34,597 nt of DNA from Rubrobacteraceae bacterium (GTDB taxonomy: Bacteria > Actinomycetota > Rubrobacteria > Rubrobacterales > Rubrobacteraceae), in the NCBI GenBank assembly GCA_045806605.1, contig JBJMIY010000200.1, positions 1 through 34,597 of the forward strand. The letters are read 5' to 3'. Of the stretch, positions 19,589 through 27,769 are shown piece after piece (the first letter of the stretch is position 1; every line of letters begins with the position of its first letter). Under the pieces are notes generated by a model. That model did not search any database and had not been told where the DNA came from. It saw only the letters and a list, made by a program, of their open reading frames with translations. The position numbers were made by a program, and so were the translations under genes.

Positions 19589-20451
19589 CGTTCACGGCGC
19601 AGGATCACAGCCCTTGGCGTGCCTGCGAGGTCGAGCCGGGTGTCGAGGGGGATGAAACCTGCACGCTCTCCGAGCTCCCGCACGGCTTCGGCCTGGCCGT
19701 CCCCGATCTCGAGCACCACGTCGGCGCCGTCTGCGAGCAGCGGCGGCGTCTCCGCGAAGATGCGTCTGAAGAACGCGTACTCGTCAGAGCCGCTGTACAG
19801 AGCGGCGGGCGGGTCCCACTGGCGCACCTCGGGAGCGAGCCGCCGCTCGGCGGAGACCTCATCCACGTAGGGCGGGTTCGAGACCAGGAGGTCCACCTTC
19901 CCTTTCAAGAACTGCAAGCCGGAGGCCACGTCGGCCCGGTGGAAGTGTACCGTTGCTCCGTTCCGCTCCGCGTTGCGGCGCGCGATCTCGAGTGCGTCCC
20001 CGGAGACGTCGGTGGCGTGGACGTCGCAGAGAGGGCGCTCTTGGGCGATGGAGATGGAGATGGCGCCGGAGCCCGTCCCGATATCGAGCACCCGGCACGA
20101 GCCGCCGCGCAGGTCTATCCGCTCCAGCGCCAGGTCCACGACGCTCTCGGTGTCGGGGCGCGGGATGAGGGTGTCCATATTCAGATCCAGCAGCAGGTTC
20201 CTGAAATACGCGTAGCCGAGGATGCGCTGCACCGGCTCGCGTTGCAGGCGGCGGGAGATCCAGGCGTCGTAAAGCTCCGCCTGCTCCTCCGTAAGACGTT
20301 CGTCGTGGAGGGCTATCTCCCCGCGCTTTATCTCCAGCAACTCGGAGAGGAGGACCTCGGCTGAGGCGGCGGGCTCGGGGACCCCGGCTCGCTCGAGCTT
20401 ATCTGCGGCGTCCCGGGCTGCCTGCCGGGCGCTCGGTGCGCCGGTCCGCAC
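19585..20451 (-). CDS. prmC: Release-factor glutamine N5-methyltransferase
   Basis: 288 aa with the SAM motif VLDIGTGSGAISI and the catalytic LVSNPPYV. Its stop overlaps the tsaC start by 4 nt, and it lies downstream of prfA. Confidence 0.9.
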   Translation of the reverse strand: MRTGAPSARQAARDAADKLERAGVPEPAASAEVLLSELLEIKRGEIALHDERLTEEQAELYDAWISRRLQREPVQRILGYAYFRNLLLDLNMDTLIPRPDTESVVDLALERIDLRGGSCRVLDIGTGSGAISISIAQERPLCDVHATDVSGDALEIARRNAERNGATVHFHRADVASGLQFLKGKVDLLVSNPPYVDEVSAERRLAPEVRQWDPPAALYSGSDEYAFFRRIFAETPPLLADGADVVLEIGDGQAEAVRELGERAGFIPLDTRLDLAGTPRAVILRRER

Positions 20452-20455
20452 CTTA

Positions 20456-21550
20456 TCAGCCGGGGGTTCCGGCGGCCTCGGCGGCGAGCTTGTCGGCGCG
20501 CTCTTTGGCGGCGAGCGCCTGGGTGAACTCGTCGAGCTCGCCGTTCAGGACGGCCTCGAGGTTGTGGGAGGTGACGCCGACGCGGTGGTCGGTTATGCGG
20601 CCCTGCGGGAAGTTGTAGGTGCGAACCTTCGCCGAGCGGTCGCCGGTCCCGACCTGCGCGAGCCGCATGGCGCCTTCCTGCTCCCTGCGCTCGCGTATCT
20701 CGCGTTCTAGGAGACGCGAGCGTAAGATCCGAAGCGCCTGCTCCTTGTTCTGGAGCTGGCTCTTCTCGTTCTGGCAGGTCACGACGAGGCCGGTGGGCTT
20801 GTGTGTGATCCTGACCGCGGAGTCCGTAGTGTTCACGCTCTGCCCGCCGGGGCCGCTGGAGCGGTAGACGTCTATCTCGAGGACGCCAGGGTTTATCTCT
20901 ATCTCTACGTCTTCCGCTTCCGGCAGGACCGCGACCGTAGCCGTCGAGGTGTGGATGCGGCCCTGGCTCTCGGTCTTCGGTACGCGCTGTACCCTGTGGG
21001 TGCCTCCCTCGTGCATGAAGACGGAGTATGCGCGGTCGCCCTCTATCTCGACGGTGATCTCCCTGTACCCGCCGACTTCGGCGGGGCTCGAGGCGAGGGT
21101 GCGATGGTTGAAGCCAAGGCGGTCGGCGTAGCGGGTGTACATGTCGTGCAGCTCGCCGGCGAAGAGGGCCGCCTCGTCGCCACCCGCGCCGGCCCGGATC
21201 TCGATGATGACGTCCTTGTCGTCGTTAGGGTCGCGGTCGATGATCTCGGCCCGTATCTCCTCGGCCAACTCCTCGGCCCGCTCCTCGGCTGCCTGTGCCT
21301 CCGCCGCGAAGAACTCCCGCTCCTCAGCCGACTCGGCGCCCGGCACGAGCTCCCGCGCCTCCCGCATCTCGTTTACGGAATCCAGCAGGTTCTGGCAGAG
21401 CTCGGCTCCGCGCCGCAGGCGGGCGTGCTCCTTGGCGACCTCCCTGTAGCGTCTCTGGTCCGAGAATATGCCGGGGTCTGAAAGTTCTTCTGTCAGCGCG
21501 TTGTAGCGGCCGAGCGTCTCCTCGGCCAGCTTGATTATCTGATCGTCCAT
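20456..21550 (-). CDS. prfA: Peptide chain release factor 1
   Basis: 364 aa with the GGQ motif SGPGGQSVNTTDSAVRITH and an RF1-type PxT tripeptide (RVPKTESQGRIHTS). Confidence 0.97.
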   Translation of the reverse strand: MDDQIIKLAEETLGRYNALTEELSDPGIFSDQRRYREVAKEHARLRRGAELCQNLLDSVNEMREARELVPGAESAEEREFFAAEAQAAEERAEELAEEIRAEIIDRDPNDDKDVIIEIRAGAGGDEAALFAGELHDMYTRYADRLGFNHRTLASSPAEVGGYREITVEIEGDRAYSVFMHEGGTHRVQRVPKTESQGRIHTSTATVAVLPEAEDVEIEINPGVLEIDVYRSSGPGGQSVNTTDSAVRITHKPTGLVVTCQNEKSQLQNKEQALRILRSRLLEREIRERREQEGAMRLAQVGTGDRSAKVRTYNFPQGRITDHRVGVTSHNLEAVLNGELDEFTQALAAKERADKLAAEAAGTPG

Positions 21551-21554
21551 GCTT

Positions 21555-22469
21555 CTAGATCACCAGCTTGTTCGTAGCCTCGTCGGGCTCGATCCTGGCC
21601 TCGCTCTCCATCGAGAGCACCTTCTTCAAGGAGGCCATAGCGACCTCGACCATGTCGTCGGTAGGCTCGCGCGTCGTCAGCTTCTGCATCTGCAAGCCAG
21701 GCCAGACGAGCAACTTCACAACCGGGTTCTCCTGGTTCCTCGCGCTCCACATGATGAACTCGAAGGCGATACCCGCCACCAGCGGTATCACGATGAGCCG
21801 GCTCAGCACCATGAACAGCCACCCCTCGACCCCGAGCAGCGAGAATACCAGGATGCTCAAGACCAGCACGTACAGTACGAAGCTCGTCCCGCAGCGGACG
21901 TGGCTGGTATCCAGCCCGCGAGCGTTCTCGGGGACGAGCTCCTCACCGCGCTCGTAGACCTTTATGGCTTTGTGCTCGGCTCCGTGGTAGGCGAAAAAGC
22001 GCTTCACGTCCTTGCTGATCAGGGTTATACCGATCAGGTAGGCGACGAAGATCGCGATCCGGATCCCGCCCTCGACCAGGTTGAAGAGCACGGGATGCTC
22101 GATGCTGTTGCCCGCAAGCGCGCCTATCCCTTTGGTCCCGAGCACAGGCGCCACCAGGAAGAGCCCGAAGCCGAGCACGGCCGCGAACCCGAGGGTAAAC
22201 GCGATCTCCCGCTTGGAGAGGTCTTCTTCCTCACCGAGCGCGATGTTAGTAGACAACGTCAGCGCCTTCATGCCGAGCCAGAGGGTCTCGCCCAGCGAGA
22301 GAGCGCCGCGGATTATCGGAAGCCTGAAGAGCCTGCTCCGGCGCGTGATCGAGCGGAAGCCCTCGGCCCTGAGGTCGAGCTCTCCCGTCGGCGTGCGGAC
22401 GGCCATTCCCCAGAAGTTGGGGGAGCGCATCAGCACGCCCTCCATTATGGCCTGCCCCCCGACCCTCAC
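21555..22469 (-). CDS. DUF1385-family membrane protein (commonly found next to prfA/prmC)
   Basis: 304 aa beginning GGQAIMEGVLMRSP, with HGAEHKAI and several TM segments. Family assignment is from memory of the motif pattern. Confidence 0.75.
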   Translation of the reverse strand: MRVGGQAIMEGVLMRSPNFWGMAVRTPTGELDLRAEGFRSITRRSRLFRLPIIRGALSLGETLWLGMKALTLSTNIALGEEEDLSKREIAFTLGFAAVLGFGLFLVAPVLGTKGIGALAGNSIEHPVLFNLVEGGIRIAIFVAYLIGITLISKDVKRFFAYHGAEHKAIKVYERGEELVPENARGLDTSHVRCGTSFVLYVLVLSILVFSLLGVEGWLFMVLSRLIVIPLVAGIAFEFIMWSARNQENPVVKLLVWPGLQMQKLTTREPTDDMVEVAMASLKKVLSMESEARIEPDEATNKLVI

Positions 22470-22478
22470 GGCCGGGCC

Positions 22479-22736
22479 CTACTGCCGGTTCTGGCGGGAC
22501 TGGCGCCTGTTCTCGAACCGCTGCACCCGGCCGCCGGTGTCCACGATGCGCTGCCTGCCCGTGTAGAAGGGGTGGCTCGCGCTCGAGATGTCGAGCTCGA
22601 CCAGCGGGTAGGTGTTCCCATCCTCCCACTCTATGGTCCTCTCCGTCTCTATCGTCGAGCGGGTCAGGATCGCGAAGTCCGCGCTCCCGTCGCGAAAGAC
22701 CACGGGCCTGTACTCAGGGTGTATGCCCTTCTTCAT
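22479..22736 (-). CDS. rpmE: 50S ribosomal protein L31, type B (cysteine-free, zinc-independent form)
   Basis: [14 protein letters not shown]...[25 protein letters not shown], with no Cys at all. ATG 22736 is preferred because the GGAGGA RBS lies within the 4 extra upstream codons of the ORF-track entry. Confidence 0.9.
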   Translation of the reverse strand: MKKGIHPEYRPVVFRDGSADFAILTRSTIETERTIEWEDGNTYPLVELDISSASHPFYTGRQRIVDTGGRVQRFENRRQSRQNRQ

Positions 22737-22787
22737 CCGTTCCTCCATCTAGAATGAAACGCCACCATACTAGTCTAATACGTCTGT

Positions 22788-22819
22788 AAAGGCGGGACGG
22801 CCTGGACCGCCGCCCCGCC
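22788..22819 (-). terminator. Candidate intrinsic terminator after rho
   Basis: On the minus-strand RNA, an 11-bp GC-rich stem (one G-U pair) with a 7-nt loop at 22819-22791, followed by UUU. It starts 13 nt after the rho stop. Confidence 0.5.
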
Positions 22820-22832
22820 AGGATGGCTCTGG

Positions 22833-24308
22833 CTAACCCCGGACGCGCTGCAGCTCGCGCAGGAACTCGGCGTTGGTGCGGGTCTCCTTTAGCTTGGCTA
22901 TGAGGAGCTCCAGCTTCGCCGAGGGCTCGAGTGAGTTGAGGATGCTGCGGACCTGCCAGACCCTCTGGGCCTCGGCCGGCTCCATGAGGAGCTCTTCCTT
23001 GCGCGTCGAGGAGTCCTCGATGTTGATGGCGGGGTAGAGCCTGCGGTTCGCCAGCTTCCTATCGAGCCTGAGCTCCATGTTACCCGTGCCCTTGAACTCC
23101 TCGAAGATGACCTCGTCCATCCTGCTGCCGGTCTCGACCAGCGCTGTGGCGAGGATCGTGAGCGAGCCGCCGTTCTCGATGTTGCGCGCCGCCCCGAAGA
23201 ACTTCTTGGGCGGATACAGAGCGGCGGAGTCAACACCACCCGATAGGATCCTGCCGCTCGCCGGCGCGGCGAGGTTGTACGCCCTCGAGAGCCTGGTTAT
23301 GCCATCGAGCAGCACGACCACGTCCTCGCCCTCCTCGACGAGGCGCTTGACGCGCTCGAGGACCAGCTCAGCCACCGCAATGTGGTTGTCTGCGGGCTGG
23401 TCGAAGGTCGAGGCGATGACCTCGGCCTCCTGCACGCTCCGCTCCCAGTCCGTGACCTCCTCGGGGCGCTCGTCGGCGAGCACCACGAATAGCTTGGTCT
23501 CGGGGTAGTTGGCTGCGATGGACTGGGCTATCTGCTTGAGAACGGTGGTCTTGCCGGCTTTGGGCGGCGAGACCACCATGCCGCGCTGGCCCTTGCCTAT
23601 TGGGGCCACGAGGTCTATGACGCGCGGGGCGATGTCGTTCGGCTTCCACTCGAGGCGGAGCCTCTCCATCGGGTAAAGCGGCGTCAGGTCGTCGAAGTTC
23701 GGACGCCAGCGGCCCTTCTGGGGCTCCTTGCCGTTGATGGTCTCGATGCGCACCATCGCAGGGTACTTCTCTCCGTCGCGAGCGGGCCGTATCTGGCCGA
23801 CTATGTAGTCTCCGCGCCTGAGGTTGAAGCGTTTGATCTGGCTCGTCGAGACGTAGACGTCCCCCTTGCTCTGGCTATAGCCGTTCGTCCGGACGAACCC
23901 GAACCCGTCCGGCAGCACGTCGAGGACGCCCGACTGGATCAGCTCCTCACCCCTGTCAGCGCGCTCCTGACGCTGGCGCGGCTCCTGACGCTGGCGCGGC
24001 TGCCGTTGCTCGGCGGGGGCTTCGACCGCGGCGTCCACGGCGCTGCCAAAGGCGGTGTCGTCCGCGGCGGACTCGGGGATGGTGGCGACGCCCGTCTCCC
24101 CGTTGGTCGTCTGAGGCTCGGTCGCGGTCGCTACCGCTCCAACCTCTCTGTCGGCCGCCTGCTCGGCGGCCTGTTCCGTGGCTACCTTGTAGATCATCTG
24201 CGCCAGCTCGGGCTTGCGGTACTTGCGGTACTGCTCGATCCCCAGCTGCGAAGCGATCTGGTGCAGATCGCTCAGGCGCTTGCGCTCCAGGGTGCTCAAC
24301 TCGGTCAC
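22833..24308 (-). CDS. rho: Transcription termination factor Rho with an N-terminal insertion
   Basis: 491 aa with the Rho_[14 protein letters not shown], an inserted low-complexity A/E/Q/R-rich segment, the CSD-like [14 protein letters not shown], and Walker [12 protein letters not shown] start with GGGAGGA upstream. Confidence 0.95.
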   Translation of the reverse strand: MTELSTLERKRLSDLHQIASQLGIEQYRKYRKPELAQMIYKVATEQAAEQAADREVGAVATATEPQTTNGETGVATIPESAADDTAFGSAVDAAVEAPAEQRQPRQRQEPRQRQERADRGEELIQSGVLDVLPDGFGFVRTNGYSQSKGDVYVSTSQIKRFNLRRGDYIVGQIRPARDGEKYPAMVRIETINGKEPQKGRWRPNFDDLTPLYPMERLRLEWKPNDIAPRVIDLVAPIGKGQRGMVVSPPKAGKTTVLKQIAQSIAANYPETKLFVVLADERPEEVTDWERSVQEAEVIASTFDQPADNHIAVAELVLERVKRLVEEGEDVVVLLDGITRLSRAYNLAAPASGRILSGGVDSAALYPPKKFFGAARNIENGGSLTILATALVETGSRMDEVIFEEFKGTGNMELRLDRKLANRRLYPAINIEDSSTRKEELLMEPAEAQRVWQVRSILNSLEPSAKLELLIAKLKETRTNAEFLRELQRVRG

Positions 24309-24369
24309 TCTATTTTCCTCCCGGTTTACGAATGCGGCGATGCCGCAGGTCTTGCTTGAGTTGCGTTTG

Positions 24370-25497
24370 TCAAATCTGGAAACCCCGCAGCCCGGCCTCG
24401 GGTTCGAGGGCGTGAATGGTGTCCATGAATCTTACCACACGGGGCGCCGTGGACATGACCACCGTGTTCGTGCGGGCCCCACCCCGGAAGTACTGGACCC
24501 CCTTGAGGGGCTCGCCTGGCGTCACGCCGGTAGCGGCGAAGACCACGTCGTCGCCCCGGATCAGGTCGTCCAGGGCGAGCTTGCGCTCCGGATCTTCGAA
24601 CCCGTACTCTTTGAGCTGCTCCACCTGCGAGCGCTGCGTCGGCCACATCCTGGCCTCCATCTCTCCGCCGAGACACTTCATGACCGCGGCGGCCAGTATG
24701 CCCTCGGGCGCCCCGCCGATCCCGATGACCGCGTGGAGGTCGGAGCCGCGCAACCCGCCCGCGATCGCGGGCGTGAGATCCCCCTCCGGTCTGATCTGGA
24801 TACGCGCGCCGGTCTCACGGATCTCCTCTATGAGGTTCTCGTGCCGGTCGCGATCGAGGACCGCCCCGGTTATCTCCGCCGGCCTGAGCTCCGCCGCTTC
24901 CGCTATGGCCTCTATGTTCTGTGCGGCGGGCGCGTCTAAGTCTATCTGCGCCCCCGGGCCGGCGAAGAGCTTGCTCATGTACATGTCCGGGGTCCTGAGC
25001 ATACTACCCCTCGGGGCCGCCGCGACCGCGGAGATCGAACCCTCCTGCCCCTTGACCAGGAGCTGCAACCCTTCGACGGGCTCGACCGCGAGATCCAACT
25101 CCGGCGAGCCCTCGCCTAAAGAGTCCCCGACGCTCAGGATACCGGGCCGCGTCTTGAGCGACCGCACCCTGCCCCTCTCGTCCATGCGCTGCTCGCGCAG
25201 GATCGCCACCTTCCCCGCCGCCGGGACCTTCTCGAGCTCCGATCGAAAAGTCTCCGTGGCGAGCGTATAGGATTCCTCCGGATCGCCGGAACCTTCGAGC
25301 CGCGCCACCTGGAGCGCTACGCGCTCGGTTACGGCTGCGTACTCGACAGCTACCGATGCTGTGGACTGGCGAGGATCGGACACGCTAATGTACTTTCGGA
25401 CCTCCCATGCCCGACACGAATCGGGCGTCTTGCGGGCGGGGTTCTTCGAGATGGTGCGGAGCGGCCATCCTTGGGTGGGAGCCGCGTTATCGACCAC
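24370..25497 (-). CDS. glpX: Class II fructose-1,6-bisphosphatase (GlpX-like); N-terminus/start uncertain
   Basis: GlpX blocks LAVEPVEG, PDMYMSKLFAGPGA, IGIGGAPEGILAAAVMKCLGGEM, DDVVFAATGVT and RTNTVVM. GTG 25497 lacks a convincing RBS, so the true start may be up to about 38 codons downstream. Confidence 0.8.
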   Translation of the reverse strand: MVDNAAPTQGWPLRTISKNPARKTPDSCRAWEVRKYISVSDPRQSTASVAVEYAAVTERVALQVARLEGSGDPEESYTLATETFRSELEKVPAAGKVAILREQRMDERGRVRSLKTRPGILSVGDSLGEGSPELDLAVEPVEGLQLLVKGQEGSISAVAAAPRGSMLRTPDMYMSKLFAGPGAQIDLDAPAAQNIEAIAEAAELRPAEITGAVLDRDRHENLIEEIRETGARIQIRPEGDLTPAIAGGLRGSDLHAVIGIGGAPEGILAAAVMKCLGGEMEARMWPTQRSQVEQLKEYGFEDPERKLALDDLIRGDDVVFAATGVTPGEPLKGVQYFRGGARTNTVVMSTAPRVVRFMDTIHALEPEAGLRGFQI

Positions 25498-25502
25498 CTC
25501 TA

Positions 25503-26846
25503 TTATACACCGGCCGCCCCGAATCGACCAGCGCTCTCCGACGCCGCGACGGCCTCCCGCGCCACCCTGAGCAGCTCCTCGTCGAGCCCCTCGCCCACCG
25601 GGTCGTTGTCGCAGTAGAAGACGGGCTTGCCCTCCTCCGCACCCTGGCGCGTCACAACGTCCACCGCGGCGGCCTTTATCTCCGTCAGGTAGGCTTCGGT
25701 CTCCGCCATCGTGTCGAGGTCCTCAGCCAACCGCTTCCTGTCAGAGAGGTTCCCCGATGTGGCGACGACCTCGCAGCCGTAGTGTTCCTCCAGGTGCCGC
25801 GCCAGCTTGTCCAGCACGGCAGGCGGCGCGGTGGAGACGTAGCCCACGCGCAGGCCCTCGATCTCCCCGACAGGGCGCGGGCGGAAGATCACCGGGATCA
25901 CGGCGAGCTCCGGTTTTAGTTCGAGCACGTCCTCTACGATACCTGCTACCTTCTCCTCGCCGGCCATCGGCTCCTCGCTCATCGTAAGTAGGAGCAGGTC
26001 GGAGACGTACAGGCGGTAAGCCCCGAGGAACCCTGTTATGTACTCAGGGTCCTGGTGCGCGCCCGCGACTAGCACGCGCCGCTCCACCTCCACAGGCGGC
26101 ATGGCGGCCCCCGAGCCGTCGAAGAGGGTCACGCCCGTCTCGAGGCTGTTTGCGATGCGGGCTCCCTCCAGCACGTTCGAGACGAAGGGCTCACCGGCGA
26201 GCCCGCCGCCGCAACGCCTGCAGCCGACCGTCGTCACGCGGCTCAGGGCCGCTGTCTCGTAGTAGTCACTCGCCGCGTGCGACCCGCGCTCGAGCGCCTC
26301 GAGCAGGTACTCGCTCCCAACCTCCAGCTTGTGACCCTCGATCACCTCGGGGCGCGGCGGCCCCCCGCGTCCCATCGAGACTACCCCCGGATCGAACCCC
26401 TTTCGCGCCAGCAGCCGCGCCAGATACCCCGAGACCGCCGTCTTGCCGACCCTCTTGCCCGTCCCGACGACGGCGAGCGCCGGCTTGGTGGATATCGAAT
26501 GAAGCTCGGGCGGCCTCAGCTCGAAGTCGCTCCCCAGGTAGCGCGCCCCTGCGGCGAGCACCAGCGAGGCTATCCGCATCCGCTCCCGGTAACCGACCAC
26601 GGGCTCGTCCGAGAGGTCCACGACCACATCGACTGTGTACTCGGAGAGGGCTTTCTGCACCGCGGATGCCGGGTCCTCGCCGGTTACGAGGGGCACACCG
26701 TAGTCGGTCCCCTCCTTGAGCTTCTCCGTGCCGCCCAGGAAGGCGGCGGCCACGCCCTCGGCGCCAAGGGAGTCGCGTACGCTGTGCATGGCGTCGAGGA
26801 CGACGGGCGGGTAGTGCTCGCCGTCGATCAGGAAGAGCGCCCGCAA
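25503..26846 (-). CDS. cpgS: Cyclic 2,3-diphosphoglycerate synthetase-like protein
   Basis: 447 aa with the N-terminal LIDGEHYPPVV motif and P-loop GTGKRVGKTAVSGYLARLL. Size and layout match my memory of the archaeal cDPG synthetase family. TTG start lies 18 nt after the upstream gene stop. Needs HMM confirmation. Confidence 0.6.
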   Translation of the reverse strand: MRALFLIDGEHYPPVVLDAMHSVRDSLGAEGVAAAFLGGTEKLKEGTDYGVPLVTGEDPASAVQKALSEYTVDVVVDLSDEPVVGYRERMRIASLVLAAGARYLGSDFELRPPELHSISTKPALAVVGTGKRVGKTAVSGYLARLLARKGFDPGVVSMGRGGPPRPEVIEGHKLEVGSEYLLEALERGSHAASDYYETAALSRVTTVGCRRCGGGLAGEPFVSNVLEGARIANSLETGVTLFDGSGAAMPPVEVERRVLVAGAHQDPEYITGFLGAYRLYVSDLLLLTMSEEPMAGEEKVAGIVEDVLELKPELAVIPVIFRPRPVGEIEGLRVGYVSTAPPAVLDKLARHLEEHYGCEVVATSGNLSDRKRLAEDLDTMAETEAYLTEIKAAAVDVVTRQGAEEGKPVFYCDNDPVGEGLDEELLRVAREAVAASESAGRFGAAGV

Positions 26847-26864
26847 GCGTCGGCCCGCCGGGCC

Positions 26865-27689
26865 TTAATCCCCGCTCACCGGTAGCTGCGGGTCGATGCC
26901 GAGGTCGGCGTCTATCCTGTCCTCGTAGCGCGAGTACTCGCGGGTGGCCGAGTCGAAGTCTATGGTGAGCTCCCGCTCCTTGAAGGGGTACTTGCGGAAG
27001 ACCCGCACGTGTCCGTCCTCGATCTCGATGATGTTGTAGCAGGGCCGCGTATTTCCGCGCAAACGAGTCGTCGATGCCGTACCTGCGTTCACGATGAACA
27101 TGTTCTCGAGCTTCCACGAGTACGGCACATGCTTGTGCCCCGAGAGAACCAGGTCCGTGCCAACCTCGTCGAGGAGCTCGAGCACGTCGCCGGCGTCGAA
27201 GATGATGTTGCGCTCGCGACCGGTGCCGGGGATGGGGATCAGGTGGTGATGGATGACGAAGATCTTGAGCCGCTCTTCGGCCCGCGCGAAAGAGTCGCGA
27301 ATGAACCCGTAGTGCTCGCGCCCGACCCGCCCGTCGTTGAGGTCGGGCTCGGAGGAATCCACCCCTACCATGACGGCGTCCTCGAAGTCTATACAAGAGT
27401 AGCGCTCCCCGAAGAGGCGTTCGAAGTGGACGTAGCCGACGTTGCGCGAGTCGTGGTTGCCCGGGATGACCATGACGTTCTCGCAGTCGAAGCGCCGCAC
27501 GTACTCGGCCGCGAGCTCGAACTCCTGGCGATACCCCGCGTTCGTGAGGTCCCCCGAAACCACGACCGCCGCCGGCGCCAGGTCGTTTATCTCGAGGATC
27601 GAACGTTCAAGCAGGTCAGGGATGAAATAGGGGCTGCCGCAGTGGATGTCCGAGATCTGGCAGATCGTCAACCGGCCTCGCGTGCTCAT
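26865..27689 (-). CDS. Calcineurin-like metallophosphoesterase
   Basis: 274 aa with the full motif set: SDIHCG, SGDLTNAG, IPGNHD, VIHHHL and SGHKHVP. Confidence 0.85.
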   Translation of the reverse strand: MSTRGRLTICQISDIHCGSPYFIPDLLERSILEINDLAPAAVVVSGDLTNAGYRQEFELAAEYVRRFDCENVMVIPGNHDSRNVGYVHFERLFGERYSCIDFEDAVMVGVDSSEPDLNDGRVGREHYGFIRDSFARAEERLKIFVIHHHLIPIPGTGRERNIIFDAGDVLELLDEVGTDLVLSGHKHVPYSWKLENMFIVNAGTASTTRLRGNTRPCYNIIEIEDGHVRVFRKYPFKERELTIDFDSATREYSRYEDRIDADLGIDPQLPVSGD

Positions 27690-27730
27690 GTCCGCCCTTT
27701 GCTACCTTTCGCCCGGAAATCGCCGCAATG

Positions 27731-27739
27731 AGTATAGCA
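27731..27739 (-). promoter_or_regulatory. Candidate extended -10 promoter (TGcTATACT) for the metallophosphoesterase-cpgS-glpX unit
   Basis: Minus-strand TGCTATACT at 27739-27731, with the predicted TSS about 35 nt upstream of ATG 27689. It lies in the 80-nt gap after argS. Confidence 0.4.
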
Positions 27740-27769
27740 GAGCGCATTTCAGCCCCGCCCGTTCGATTC

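Noticed and set aside
22749-22790. A Zur box or strong promoter upstream of the type B rpmE.
   Set aside because: There is no AT-rich palindrome of the Zur type. The candidate -10/-35 hexamers (TAGTAT, TTTACA) have incompatible spacing.
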